The notes: a model not told the origin generated them from the sequence alone. Shown: positions 1-11,399, numbered from the stretch's first letter. The stretch is DNA of 64,000 bases from an uncultured Pseudomonadota bacterium (GCA_963847705.1 CAWKBC010000010.1:96001-160000), one strand, 5' to 3'. Program-made: numbers and translations.

Positions 1-309
1 GTCGGTCCCGTCCTTGAAGATCACCGTCACCGCCGAGACCGCGGTCCGGCTGATCGAGCGGATCTCGTCCAGCCCCGGGATGCCGTTCATCGCCATCTCC
101 ACCGGGAAGGTGAGGTACTGCTCCACCTCCAGCGGCGACAGCCCCGGTGCGCTGGTGAGGATGGCGACCTGCGTGTTGGTCACGTCGGGCACGGCATCGA
201 TGGAGAGCCGCGGAATCGAGGCCAGGGCCGCCGCGAAGATGGCGCCCCAGATCGCCAGCACCACGCCGCGCCGGCGAACCGAGAGCTCGACGATGCTTGC
301 GAGGCTCAT
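1..309 (-). CDS. czcA: CusA/CzcA family heavy-metal efflux RND transporter (N-terminal part, runs off the window)
   Basis: Translated by hand from ATG 309 (ATGA overlap with upstream stop): MSLASIVELSVRRRGVV...LSIDAVPDVTNTQVAILTSAPGLSPLEVEQYLTFPVEMAMNGIPG, the typical HME-RND N-terminus. Confidence 0.92.
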   Translation of the reverse strand, partial: MSLASIVELSVRRRGVVLAIWGAIFAAALASIPRLSIDAVPDVTNTQVAILTSAPGLSPLEVEQYLTFPVEMAMNGIPGLDEIRSISRTAVSAVTVIFKDGTD

Positions 310-1475
310 CGGAGCAGCTCGCTCTTCAGGAGAAAGGCCCCTTCGACCGCCACCCGCTCGCCGAGCGCCAGCCCCTGCCGGATCTCGATCCGGGCGCCCC
401 CGGAAGCGCCGGTCAGCACGTTCCTGCGCTCGAAGCCCTCCCCCGTCTGCACGAACACCACCGTCTTGCCTTCGATCTGCTCGACGGCGCTGCGCGGGAC
501 GGCCACCACCTCGGCCGTGTCGCGCCGGTCGTCGGCGACGATCCGGGCCGTCACCAGCTGCCCGGCCTCGAGCATCCCCTTCGGGTTGGCGAGCTCCAGC
601 CGGACCTTGGCGGTGCGGGTGGCCTGATCGATCTCCGGGACGATGAAGGCGACCTTGCCGCGGAAGGATTCTCCCGGCCGCGACTCGGTCCAGAGCTCCA
701 CCTCTTGCCCGACGTGAACGCGAAAGAGATCCTTCTCGTACAGATCGAGCGTCACCCAGACGCGGGAGGTGTCGGCGAGCTTGAAGGCGTCGGTGGCGCG
801 CTCGACCGCCTGCCCCAGAGTCACCTTGCGCTCGATGACCGTGCCGCCGATCGGCGCGCGGATGGGCACCCGCCCGGCCACATCGCCACGATCGACGTCC
901 TCGATGTCGGCGGCTGACAGACCGATGGCGCGCAGCCGCATCGTCGCGGCGCGCACCCCCGCTTGCTCGGTCACCCACTGCGCGTGGGCCAGCTCGCGCT
1001 CGCGCTCCGAGGAGATCCGCTTGTCCGCCAGCTCGCTCTCACGGTGGAGGTTGGCGTCCGCCGCGGAGTAGCGGGCCTTGGCGGCGACCAGATCGGCGCG
1101 CGCCTGCCCGACCTCGGCGCTCTCGATCTCGGCCAGGATCTCGCCACGGTGGATCTGATCGCCCACCCCCGCCGCCAGGCGCGAGACGCGCCCGGCCACC
1201 AGCGGGCCGACCACCGCGTAGTGGTCTTCATGAAACGCCACCGTGCCGACCACCTGGAGGTCGCCCGCGATGCGGGCCAGCTCGGCGGTCGCGATCTTGA
1301 CCGGGTTCTTCTGGCGAGATTGCGACGTGAGCTCCAGGGGCCGCACGGACGTCACCGGGGTCTCGGCCACCGCCGCGCCGGCCTGGGTGCTCGAGCGGCC
1401 GCGCCCGACGAGGAGCCCGATCAGCAGACACCCCCCGCCGACCACACCGACGAGGATCTTCGTTTGCGCCGTCAT
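306..1475 (-). CDS. czcB: Efflux RND periplasmic adaptor (CzcB family membrane fusion protein)
   Basis: N-terminal TM, lipoyl-like halves (VGPLVAGRV; IRAPIGGTVIER), alpha-hairpin, VWVTLDLYEKD, TRTAKVR, VAVPRSAV; lies between TolC-type and CzcA-type genes with ATGA overlaps. Confidence 0.92.
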   Translation of the reverse strand: MTAQTKILVGVVGGGCLLIGLLVGRGRSSTQAGAAVAETPVTSVRPLELTSQSRQKNPVKIATAELARIAGDLQVVGTVAFHEDHYAVVGPLVAGRVSRLAAGVGDQIHRGEILAEIESAEVGQARADLVAAKARYSAADANLHRESELADKRISSERERELAHAQWVTEQAGVRAATMRLRAIGLSAADIEDVDRGDVAGRVPIRAPIGGTVIERKVTLGQAVERATDAFKLADTSRVWVTLDLYEKDLFRVHVGQEVELWTESRPGESFRGKVAFIVPEIDQATRTAKVRLELANPKGMLEAGQLVTARIVADDRRDTAEVVAVPRSAVEQIEGKTVVFVQTGEGFERRNVLTGASGGARIEIRQGLALGERVAVEGAFLLKSELLR

Positions 1476-2743
1476 TCTGCACCCACCGCGCGGTCGAGGT
1501 TGATGGTGGCGTCCCACAGAAGCCCCAGCGTTTCGAGATAGAGCCGCCGCGCCTCGCTGGCGTCACGCGAGGTCTGGAGCAGCCGGAACAGATCGAACTT
1601 CCCGGCGCGCCACCCTTCGGTCATCAGGGTCACCGCCCTCTCCGCCGCCGGGAGCACCTCCCGGTCGAGCAGGTCGGCCATCTGCCGTTGCGCGCTCTCG
1701 GCGTTGAAGGCGCGCTCCACCTCCAGGGCCACGTCGCGCCCGGCCAGCGCCAGCTCCTCGTCCAGGCGAGAGCGCTCGGCCCGTGCCACCGCCAGCTCCC
1801 CCTGCTGGCGGCGCCACACCGGGATCGGCACCGCCAGCCCAGCCCCCAGGTACACCTGCCCCGGCAGATCGCGCTCGAGGTCGACGAACAGCGTGGGGCT
1901 GGGGATCGCCTCCTTCCGCAAGCGGACAATCTCAGCGTCGATCTCCTCCTGACTCGAGCCGATGACCGCCAGCTCGGCCCGATGGCTCTCCGCCCGCCCG
2001 ATCAGCGCCTGCAGATCGGCCGCCCGCGCGGTTGGCGCGATGACGGCCGCGTCGAGCGTGAGGGGTTGCGCCGCCGGCAGTCCGATCAACAGCCGCAAGC
2101 GGGCCAGAGTGTCGGTGGCCGCCAGCGCCGCGTCGGCCCGCGCCCGCCGCGCGATCCCCCGCTCGAGACGGGCCAGCTCCAGGTCGACGTCGGACGAGGC
2201 CCCGCCCTGCACCCGGTTCTGAACCGCGTCGAGCAGCTTGGCCACCAGCGCCTCGCGGGCCCCTTCCATGTCCACCCGCGCCCGCGCCAGCTGCGCCCCC
2301 ACGTAGGCGGCATGAACCCGCGCCACGGTCTCGGCGCGCGCCACCTGCTCGCGCAGCTCGGCGGTGCGCAGCGCACGGCCCACCACCGCCCGTCGTGCCG
2401 AGCGCTGGCCGCCGATCTCGATCGTCTGCTCGGCGTGCAACAGATACTCGATCCCGTCCCCGTTGGGATCGCGCCGCGGACCCGCCGCGCCCGAGACCAC
2501 CGGGTTGCTGGGGAGCAGAAGCGAGGCGCCGATCTCGCGCGCCGCGACCGCCTGGCGCTCGGCGCGCGCGCGGCGAAGCAGCGGGCTGGCCTCCTCCGCG
2601 CGGGCGAGCGCCTCCGCCAGGGTCAGCGCCTCGCCGACTCTCGCCTGCGTTTCCGGGACGGGAGGCGCCGCCGCGACGGGCCGTGCCGCCGCCAGCAAGA
2701 ACGAACACGTGACGAATCCAAAGCTCTTCCTTAGCAAACGCAT
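1472..2743 (-). CDS. czcC: TolC family outer membrane efflux protein (CzcC)
   Basis: Signal peptide from MRLLRKSF; LPSNP, EQTIEIGGQR, VPIPVWRRQQGE and GKFDLFRLL OEP features; first gene of the CBA operon. Confidence 0.88.
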   Translation of the reverse strand: MRLLRKSFGFVTCSFLLAAARPVAAAPPVPETQARVGEALTLAEALARAEEASPLLRRARAERQAVAAREIGASLLLPSNPVVSGAAGPRRDPNGDGIEYLLHAEQTIEIGGQRSARRAVVGRALRTAELREQVARAETVARVHAAYVGAQLARARVDMEGAREALVAKLLDAVQNRVQGGASSDVDLELARLERGIARRARADAALAATDTLARLRLLIGLPAAQPLTLDAAVIAPTARAADLQALIGRAESHRAELAVIGSSQEEIDAEIVRLRKEAIPSPTLFVDLERDLPGQVYLGAGLAVPIPVWRRQQGELAVARAERSRLDEELALAGRDVALEVERAFNAESAQRQMADLLDREVLPAAERAVTLMTEGWRAGKFDLFRLLQTSRDASEARRLYLETLGLLWDATINLDRAVGAE

Positions 2744-2864
2744 GAACCTGTCTCCTCGCTGAGATTGCGGACGGCGGCCGCGCGGACCTGCGCGCACACA
2801 ACCGCCACCAAGCGCGCACCCATCGCAGCAGCGACGGACGGCGCGGGATGAACTCGACCAGGGA

Positions 2865-3131
2865 CTAGACGCGGACGCGGGGCGGCCGGAAGACTTCGGC
2901 CGTGGTCAGACGCGAGGGGGGCGGCCGGTGATCGAAGAACACCGACCCACTGAGTGAGGGCAGATGCAGCGGCTCGGGCTGAGCCGCCGGCAGGACGATG
3001 GAGAGGTCGAGCGCCGACGGAGCGTCGTCATTGCCGTCGTCTCCGGAAAAGCCGGAACCGAGAGGATCGATGTTCAGGCAGGCCAGCAGCAGCGCGACAG
3101 CCGCGCAGGCGACGAGCAGCCTTGTGATCAT
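2865..3131 (-). CDS. Small exported protein ending in FRPPR, upstream of czcC (CzcI-like position; possible leader/arrest peptide)
   Basis: 88 aa from ATG 3131: hydrophobic N-terminus, acidic DDGNDD stretch, Pro-rich tail RPPPSRLTTAEVFRPPRVRV. Confidence 0.65.
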   Translation of the reverse strand: MITRLLVACAAVALLLACLNIDPLGSGFSGDDGNDDAPSALDLSIVLPAAQPEPLHLPSLSGSVFFDHRPPPSRLTTAEVFRPPRVRV

Positions 3132-3238
3132 CCTCACACACGGACAGTAGCACAGGCGGTTTTGGGTCGACGAGCTTCGCGAAGGAAATTGCGCCAGATC
3201 GGGGGCTGCGGTCGAATCGCTGCTCGAGCCGACAGGCC

Positions 3239-6200
3239 TCACACATCCGGGCGCAGCCCCAGGAGCGTCTGCCCGGCGCGCACCAAGGCGCCGCGGGCGC
3301 AGCAGATCGTCGTGACGGTCCCCGCGACCTGCGCCACCACCGGCGTCTCCATCTTCATGGTCTCGAGGACAATCAGGCGCTCCCCGGCGGCGACGTGCGC
3401 GCCCGGCGCGACGGCGATCTCCCAGACGCTGCCGGTGATCGCCGCGCGGACGGCGACGGCGTCGGCCGGCAGCGCCTCGCCCTCCCCCGCGTTGTCAGCC
3501 GGGGGATCGGGCTCCTCGGGCGGCGGCGGCAGCAGGGCCCAGCGGGCGCGTTCCTCGGCGAAGGCCGCCCGCTGTCTGAGGCGAAACGCCTCGATCGACG
3601 CCCGGTTCTGCTCGAGAAACGCCCGGTAGTCGGCAAAGCGAAAGGTGGTCTCCTCGATCTGGAGGCCGACGTTGCCGCGCGGGAAGGCGGCGCGGAACGC
3701 CAGCAGCTCGCGCTCGCCGATCGGGGTGAAGCGGATCTGATCGAAGAAGCGCAAGAGCCAGCGGTTCTTGCCCGGAAACGCCGCCGTCTCGTGGAAGCGG
3801 TTCCACATCTGGCAGGTGCGCCCCACGAACTGGTAACCGCCCGGACCCTCCATGCCGTAGACGCAGAGATAGGCGCCGCCAATTCCCACCGCGTTCTCGG
3901 GCGTCCAGGTGCGGGCGGGGTTGTACTTGGTCGTCACCAGCCGGTGGCGCGGATCGAGCGGCGTCGCCACCGGCGCGCCGAGGTAGACGTCGCCGAGACC
4001 GAGGACCAGGTAGCTCGCCTCGTGAACGATGCGACGGACGTCCTCGATGCTGTCGAGGCCGTTGATGCGGCGGATGAACTCGATGTTGCTGGGACACCAG
4101 GGGGCGTCGGGGCGCACCGACTGGGTGTACTTGCGAATGGCCAGCTGGGTGGCGGGATCGTCCCACGACAGCGGGAGATGAACGATCCGCGAGGCGACCT
4201 CGATCTCGTCGGTGGCCGGGAGCGCGCCTTCGACCTCCTCGAGGAGCGCCAGGAGCCGCTCGCGCGGCAGCCGGCGGTCGTCGTAGTGGATCTGCAGCGA
4301 GCGGATGCCGGGGGTGAGATCGACGACCCCGGCGAGCTGACCTGCAAGCTGCCGCGCCACCAGCGCCTCCTGCAGCGCGTGGACCCGGAAGCGCAGCGCG
4401 AGGTCGAGCACCGGCGGGCCGTACTCGATCAAGAGGTTGGCGTCGCCGTCCTGGCGAATCACCACCGCGGGGCGATCGTCCCGGGCGGCGGCGCTCGACA
4501 AGACCGGCGAGCCGGGAGCTGACGGCGGCGCGCGCTTGGCCGGCGGAGCGGGCGGCGCCGGTGACGGCCGCGAGAGCGTTTCGAGCGCCTGCGCTTGCGC
4601 GCGCGACCGCTGGCGCGCTTCGTCCAGGGAGACCGGGACGAAGCGGACCACGTCGCCCGCCTTGAGCTGGCCCATCTTCCAGAGCTCGGCCTCGATGATG
4701 GTGGCCGGACAGACGAAGCCGCCCAGGCTGGGTCCGTCCGGGCCGAGCAGGATCGGCATGTCGCCGGTGAAGTCGATGGTGCCGATCGCGTAGGCGTTGT
4801 CGTGAATGTTCGACGGGTGCAGCCCGGCCTCGCCACCGTCGGTGCGCGCCCAGCGTGGCTTGGGCCCGATGAGCCGAACGCCCGTCCGGCTCGAGTTGTG
4901 GTGAACGCGCCAGCCGGTGGCGTAGAGCGCGGCGATGTCCTCGTCGGCGAAGAAATCGGGCGCCGCGTGCGGACCCGGCATGACCGCAATCTCCCAGGTC
5001 TCGGTCAGGGCGGGGATGAGCGCGGGCGGCAAGGGAGCCGCCGACGGGGCCGCGGCGGGTGACTCGCCGGGGCGCAGCACGTCGCCCGGCTGCAGCGCGC
5101 GGCCGCCGTGGCCGCCGAAGAGGCCCAGCGTGAAGGTGGCGCGGCTGCCGAGATAGGCCGGCACGTCGAAGCCGCCGCGAATCGCCAGGCTGGCCCGGCT
5201 GCCGGGGCCGCGCACCGGCCCCATCCGGAGCAGCGCGCCGGCCGGAACCTCGACCGCCCGAAATCGCTCCACCGGCGCGCCGTCGAGGGTGGCCTCCATG
5301 TCGGCGCCGGTCAGCGCCACGACGGCCGCGGTGTGAAAGCGGAGCGTCGGTCCGACGGCCGTGCACTCGAGCGCGGCCGCCCCTTCGGGGTTCCCCACCA
5401 GCCGGTTGGCCAGACGAAACGACAGCGCGTCCATCGGCCCCGACGGCGGGACGCCGACGTGCCACAAGCCGAGACGCCCCGGCCAGTCCTGCACCGTGGT
5501 CTGCGCGCCCCCCTCGACGACCTCGATGGCAGCGGGCCGGTAGTCAACGAACGCCAGCAGGCCAGTGTAGACCTCGCCGGCGATGAACGCGGGAAGCTCG
5601 AGCGCGTCGATCAGATAGGCGCGGTTGGTCTCGACCCCCGCGAGGCGACAGCGTCCCAGCGCCTCGACCAGCCGGGCCCGCGCCTCCGCGCGCGTGGCGC
5701 CACGCGCGATCACCTTCGCCAGCAGCGGATCGTAGTAGGGCGTCACCTCGCTGCCGGTGTCGACGCCGGTCTCCACGCGCAGCCATTCGGCCTTCGGAAA
5801 GGCCACCTCGGTCAGCACGCCGACGCTGGGCTGAAACCCGCGCGCCGGATCCTCGGCGTAGATCCGCGCCTGGATGGCCGCGCCCAGCGGCGCGGGCGCC
5901 ACGCTCAGCGGGAGCGGCTCGCCCGCCGCCACCCGCACCATCCACTCGATGAGGTCGAGCCCGGTGACCTCCTCGGTGACGCCGTGCTCGACCTGGATGC
6001 GGGTGTTCACCTCCAGGAAGTAGAAGCGCTGGTCGCGCGGATCGAGCACGAACTCCACCGTGCCCGCCGAGCGATAGCGCGCGGCCGCGCCCAGGCGGAC
6101 GGCCGCCTCGTCGAGGCCGGCCCGCGTCTCGGCGGAGAGCCCCGGCGGCGGCGTCTCCTCGACGACCTTCTGGTTGCGGCGCTGGAGGGAACAGTCGCGC

Positions 6201-6875
6201 TGACCGAGCGCCAGCACGCGGCCGGCCCCGTCACCGAAGATCTGCACCTCCACGTGGCGGGCTGGATCGACCAGCTTCTCGAGGTAGACGCCCTTGTCCT
6301 TGAAGTGCGCGCCGGCCAGCCGCGCCACCGAATCAAAAGCCGCGGTGAGCTCGTCGGCGCCGGCACAGCGGCGCATCCCGATGCCGCCGCCGCCGGCCGT
6401 GCTCTTGAGCATCACCGGAAACCCGATCTGGCTGGCCGCCGCCTGCGCCTCCGCGAGATCGGCGAGGAGGCCCGTCCCCGGCAGGAGCGGCAAGCGGGCC
6501 TCGGTCGCCAGCGCCCGCGCGGTGTGCTTGAGCCCGAAGGCGCGCATCTGCTCCGAGGTGGGGCCGATGAAGACGATCCCGGAGCGCTCGCAGCGCGCCG
6601 CCAGCTCGGGGTTCTCGGCCAGAAAGCCGTAGCCGGGGTGGATCGCCTCGGCGCCGGTGCGCGCCACGGCCTCGAAGATCCGATCGGCGTCGAGGTAGCT
6701 CTCCGCGGGCGCCGCGCCGCCGATCTCCACCGCCTCGTCGGCGGCGGCCACGAACAGCGCGCCCGCGTCGGCGGTCGGAGTGCACCGCCACCGAGCCGAC
6801 GCCCAGGCGGCGAAGAGTGCGGAAGATGCGCAGCGCGATCGCGCCTCGGTTCGCGACCAGGACCTTCTTGAACAT
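3239..6875 (-). CDS. uca: Urea/guanidine carboxylase (biotin carboxylase, carboxyltransferase, biotin carrier); one +1 frameshift near 6773
   Basis: MFKKVLVANRG start; IHPGYGFLAEN, GGGGIGM, FLEVNTRIQVEH, HPSNIHDNAY, KYNPARTWTPEN, C-terminal ETMKME biotinylation motif. Joins ORFs 6333..6875 and 3239..6751. Confidence 0.95.
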
Positions 6876-6878
6876 CCG

Positions 6879-7530
6879 CTAGCCGGCCCTCCAGACCAGC
6901 AGCCGCACCGGCGTCGGATCGTAGCCGTTGCAGGGATTGTTCAGCTGCGGACAGTTCGAGATCAGCACCAGCACGTGCGTCTCGGCCCGCATCTCGACGT
7001 AGCGGCCCGGCCCGGAGACGCCGTCCTCGAAGGTGAGCGCGCCCGCCGGCGTGACCGGCACGTTCATGAAGAAGTTGATGTTGCTGGGAAGGTCGCGCTT
7101 GGTCATCCCGCGCCCGGCGCGCGCCAGCGCCAGCAGGAAGCTGTCGCGGCAGTTGTGCATGTACTTCTTCTCCAGCGCGTAGCGCACCTGATTGCTCTCG
7201 GCCGAGCAGGCGCCCCCCAGCGTGTCGTGACGGCCGCAGGTGTCGGCGACGATGGTCAAGAGCGAGCGCCCCTCGCTCGACATGAGCCGCGTCCCGGTGG
7301 TGAGGTAAATGTGGGTCTGGGCGCGGATCGTCTCGGTCGCGCTGTAGCGCTCGTCGAGGTCGCGGCTGTTGAAGAACAGCGTGTCGACCGCCTGGTTCCC
7401 CTCCAGATCGACGATGCGGAAGAGGTCGCCCGCGACCGATCTCCTGCGTCCACCCCTCGCCGGCCGGCAGCGTGACGTCGACAGCGGCTGTCGCCGGATC
7501 GCGAGCGCTCTCCACCAGGCGGGCGCTCAC
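6879..7530 (-). CDS. cgdB: Carboxyguanidine deiminase subunit B (urea amidolyase-associated UAAP2, DUF1989); frameshift near 7430
   Basis: [15 protein letters not shown] (after frame correction), [53 protein letters not shown]; directly upstream of uca. Confidence 0.9.
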
Positions 7531-8270
7531 GCGGTCACCTCCCCCATCTCTTTCAGGTAGGCGGCGGTCAGCGCGAAGCCGCGGCCATTCTCCGGGCGCG
7601 AGAGACGGCAGGGGTCGTCGGCGGCGGCCGCCGGTCCGTCGCTGATCACCAGCTCGACCGGGGGCGGACCGTAGCTGTTCGCGGGATCGAGCGGGTGCGG
7701 CGTGTTCGACAGGACCACCAGCGTCTCCATCTCGAACCGCAGCTCGACGGCGGCGCCCGGGCCGCGAGTTGCCCGCCACCCAGCCGAGCCCGCCGGCCTC
7801 GTCGACGCCGACCCGGACGAAGAAGTTCACGTTGGCCACCACGTCGCGCTTGCCGAGGCCGTGCTTGCCCAGCTCGACGAGCAGGTTGTCGCGGGCGTTG
7901 CGGTGCCACTCGTTGCGCAGCATCCTGGTAGCGACCCGGCGCCGAAGCGGGCCGCGTTGGCCGCCGCGTCCCGCAGCCCCGAGATGGTGTCGTGCCAGCC
8001 GCAATCGTCGGCGACGATCGAAGCGAGCACCCGGCCCATGTCCGAATAGAGCACCCGGCCAGTGGTGAGAAAGGCGGTGTACTGCGCCTTCAGCGTGTCG
8101 GCCATGTTGTAGCGCTCGAGCGGATCGTCCGCGTTGTAGAACAGCGCCGACACGCAGGCGCGCCCCTCGGCGTCCACCAGGCGCAGCCGCTGGTTCCGGC
8201 GCAGCCGGCCCGACCAGGCCTGACCGCCCCGCAAGCCGACTTCCGTTTTCGTCACCGGCCCGGGCGTCAT
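7527..8270 (-). CDS. cgdA: Carboxyguanidine deiminase subunit A (UAAP1, DUF1989); frameshifts near 7925 and 7758
   Basis: LERYNMADTLKAQ, LYSDMGRVLASI, GWHDT, RNARDNLLVELGKHGLGKRD, VLSNTPHPLDP and RPENGRGF, spread over three frames. Confidence 0.88.
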
Positions 8271-9195
8271 TCGACCTCGTCTCCCACCACGGTCATGCGA
8301 AAGACCGGCAACTTGTCAGCGGCCTGCGCGGCGCGCGGGTGAATCAGCTCCTCCAGGTGGTGGCGCGCGGCGATGAAGGCGGGCGAGAGGAACTGTTCGG
8401 CGCTGCGCGGCCGCGGGACCGCCACCTCCATCACCTCGCGCACGCGGCCCGGGTGCGCGTCCAGGATCGAGGATCCGGTCCGCCAGATAGACCGCCTCGT
8501 CGAGATCGTGGGTGATGAAGAGGATCGTGATGTCGACCTGACGCCAGATCTGCAGGAGGTACGACTGCATCTGGCAGCGCGTCTGGGCGTCGAGCGCACC
8601 GAAGGGCTCGTCCATCAATAGCATCGCGCGGCCGGTTGGCCAGCGCGCGCGCGATCGCCGCCCGCTGCTTCATCCCGCCCGACAGCTGGTGCGGATAGGC
8701 GGAGGCGAACTTGGTCAGGCCGACCACCTCCAGCCACATGCGCGCGTCCTTCTCGGCCTCGGCGTTCGACATCCCGCCGCCGACCTCCATCCCGAACATC
8801 ACGTTCTTGAGCACGGTCAGCCAGGGGAAGAGCGTGTAGCTCTGGAACACCATCCCGCGGTCGGGGCCCGGGCCGTGGATCGGCTTGCCGTCGAGCAGCA
8901 TCTGTCCGCCCGTCATCGGCTCGAGCCCCGCCACGAGGCGGGCCAGCGTCGACTTGCCGCAGCCCGACGGCCCGATGACGCACATCAGCTCGCGGCGGTG
9001 AACCTGGAACGAGACGCGATCGAGCGCCACGGTCGGCGGGCGGCCCGGCGAGGTGAAGCTCTTGGAGAGCTCGGCGACGTCGAGGATCACCGGTCGCTGC
9101 TTGATCCGCGCGAACCGCGCGGAGACCTCGGGCGACTGATCGAGGTAGCTCGGGACCGCCAGCGACGCCTCGGCCGGATTCGTCTCGGCGCTCAC
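8267..9195 (-). CDS. ABC transporter ATP-binding protein (NitT/TauT type); frameshifts near 8625 and 8468
   Basis: Walker [10 protein letters not shown]-loop MVFQSY, signature LSGGMKQR, Walker [13 protein letters not shown]-loop FITHDLDEA; GTG start overlaps the permease stop. Confidence 0.92.
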
Positions 9196-10257
9196 GCCGC
9201 GGCCTCCTCGGCGGCGCCGCCGGCCGCTGCCGCGGGGGGGGCCTGTCGTCCGCCACGACGCACGCGCGCCAGCGTCCTCGAGAACCACCCCTCCTTGGCC
9301 GTCTTCATCCAGGGGAAGAGCTGCCGTCCCAACGAAGCCAGCACGATGTCGGTCCCCAGGCCGATGAGGCCGATGAGGATGATCGAGGCGAAGACCCGAT
9401 CGTAGGCCCGGTACTTCCCCTGCTGGTTGATGAAGTAGGTGATCCCGGAGCTGACGCCGATCAGCTCGGCGACGATGAGGTAGGTCCAGGCCCAGCCGAG
9501 CAGCACCCGCATGTCGCTGTAGACGTCGACGACGATCCCGGGCACGCACCACCTTGGTGATGAGCGCGCGCCGCGAGGCCCCCAGCGTCTCCGCCGCCTC
9601 CAGCAGCGCTGGATCGATCCGTCGGGTGGTGTTGGCGATGATCAAGACCTGCTGGAAGAAGGTGCCGATGAAGATGATCGCCACCTTGGGCGCGTCCTCG
9701 ATCCCCATCACCGCCACCGCCAGCGCCCCGAACGCCGGCGCCGGCAGGTAGCGAAAGAACTCGATGAACGGCTCGGTCAGCCGCCCGACGGCGGGCAGCG
9801 CGCCGCACAGGATCCCCAGCGGGACACCGATGAGCGAGGAAAACAGAAAGCCCCAGAAGATCACCTGGATGCTGTGCCAGAGCGCCTGATGCAGCCAAGG
9901 TTCTTCGGGGCGCGCGGGCGGCGTGGTGAAGCCGGTCACCAGCGCCCGCGCCACCTCGTGCGGCGCCGGCAGAAACACCGGGTTGGCCGGGCGTCCCACC
10001 GCCTCGCGGCCGTGGCGTCCGGCGATCTCGCCGTTCTCGCTGGCGAACGCGGCTTTGTCGACCAGCTCGCCGGTGGTCAGCCAGCTGCTGTCCCCCGGAT
10101 CGCCCACCCGCACCATCGGGTGCCAGAGGAACGGCAGGTAGCTGACCGCGCACCAGAGCACCAGCGGCCCCAGGAACGAGGCCGCCCAGAACCTCCCGCT
10201 GGCCCGGGGCGAGAGCCCCGCCAAGGGCCTGGTCCAGGAGCCGCGCATGGCGCTCAC
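9192..10257 (-). CDS. ABC transporter permease (NitT/TauT type); frameshift near 9547
   Basis: VFLPAPHEV, EFFRYLPAPAFGAL, EAA motif LLEAAETLGA, GWAWTYLIVAELIG. Confidence 0.9.
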
Positions 10258-10296
10258 CGCGTTTTCCCTTTCTCGTGCTGGCGCCGACGGAGCCGG

Positions 10297-11346
10297 CTAC
10301 TTCGCGAGCGCGTCCTTGGACAGCGAGCCGTCGATGTAGGACGCCACCGGCTGCGGCTTGGCGTAGACCTTGTTGGCGACGTTGAAGTCGTCGGCGACCT
10401 TGCCGCTGCCGAGAAGCGAGGCCAGCGTGTCCGTCGGGGTGAAGCGGGTGAGGGCCTCCTCGGGCGTCAGGAAATGCGTGCCCGGCATGTAGGTGGCGTA
10501 CTCGGCGGCCGGAACGCCGGCCCGGCCGGCCATGATCTTCACCGCCTCATCCTTGTTGGCCGGATCCTTGACGAAGGCGACGATGCGGTTCCAGACCTTC
10601 ACGAAGTTGACCCAGTCGGCGCGCCGCGTGGCCAGACTCTGCGGGCTGACGCAGACGAGATCATAGATGAGGCCCGGCAGGTCGGCGCTGGTGAAGATCG
10701 CCTTCGAGCCAGCCGCCCCCTTGAGCGCCTGCCCGGCGTTCGGCTGCCAGGCCCCGATCGCATCCACGCTCCCGGAAGCCAGCGTCTGCGCGGTCTCGTG
10801 CGTCGGGACGTTGACCAGCTTGACGTCGGTGATCTTGAGGCCGTTCTTCTCCAGCGCCTTGGTCAGCATCAGGTGTTCCACCAATCCCACCTCGAGCCCC
10901 ACCTTCTTCCCTTTCAAGGCCTTGAGGCTGCCGATGCCCTTCTTGGCGACGATCATGTCGTTGCCGGCGCTGTAGTCGGTCACCAGGATCGCCACGCTGC
11001 GCGCGCCGGGGGCGCCGGTGACCAGGGCGTCGCCCATCGTCATCATGACGGCGTCGACCTTGCCGGCCGTGAAGGCGTCCATCGAGGGCGCGTACTCGAA
11101 CCAGTCGAACTTGACGTCGACTCCAGCTTCCTTGAACCAGCCCTTCTGGATCCCGATCTCGAACGCCGTCCATCCCGGCCAGTCAGAGAACGCGACCCTC
11201 AGGGGCGGCTTGGCCGGCGGCGGCGCCGGTGCGGCCGGCGCCGGAGCCATGGCCGGGGCCGCGGGCGGGGCAGGCTCTTTGCTACAGGATGCGAGCGAAG
11301 CAAAGCTGAACAGCGCGGCGGCGACCAGCGACGAATGAGCTCTCAT
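10297..11346 (-). CDS. ABC substrate-binding lipoprotein (putative guanidine/urea, NMT1/SsuA-like)
   Basis: Lipobox LASC, Pro/Ala linker, FSDWPGW, DYSAGND, AWQP; first gene of the uca/cgdAB operon. Confidence 0.9.
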   Translation of the reverse strand: MRAHSSLVAAALFSFASLASCSKEPAPPAAPAMAPAPAAPAPPPAKPPLRVAFSDWPGWTAFEIGIQKGWFKEAGVDVKFDWFEYAPSMDAFTAGKVDAVMMTMGDALVTGAPGARSVAILVTDYSAGNDMIVAKKGIGSLKALKGKKVGLEVGLVEHLMLTKALEKNGLKITDVKLVNVPTHETAQTLASGSVDAIGAWQPNAGQALKGAAGSKAIFTSADLPGLIYDLVCVSPQSLATRRADWVNFVKVWNRIVAFVKDPANKDEAVKIMAGRAGVPAAEYATYMPGTHFLTPEEALTRFTPTDTLASLLGSGKVADDFNVANKVYAKPQPVASYIDGSLSKDALAK

Positions 11347-11399
11347 TCTGCGAGGATAAAGAGAGATGCGTTACGGGCAGATGTCGGACCGAACCGTAA

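Noticed and set aside
8431-10257. Apparent permease-ATPase fusion in the ORF track
   Set aside because: Caused by the +1 insertion near 9547; the repaired permease stops at 9192, overlapping the ATPase GTG.
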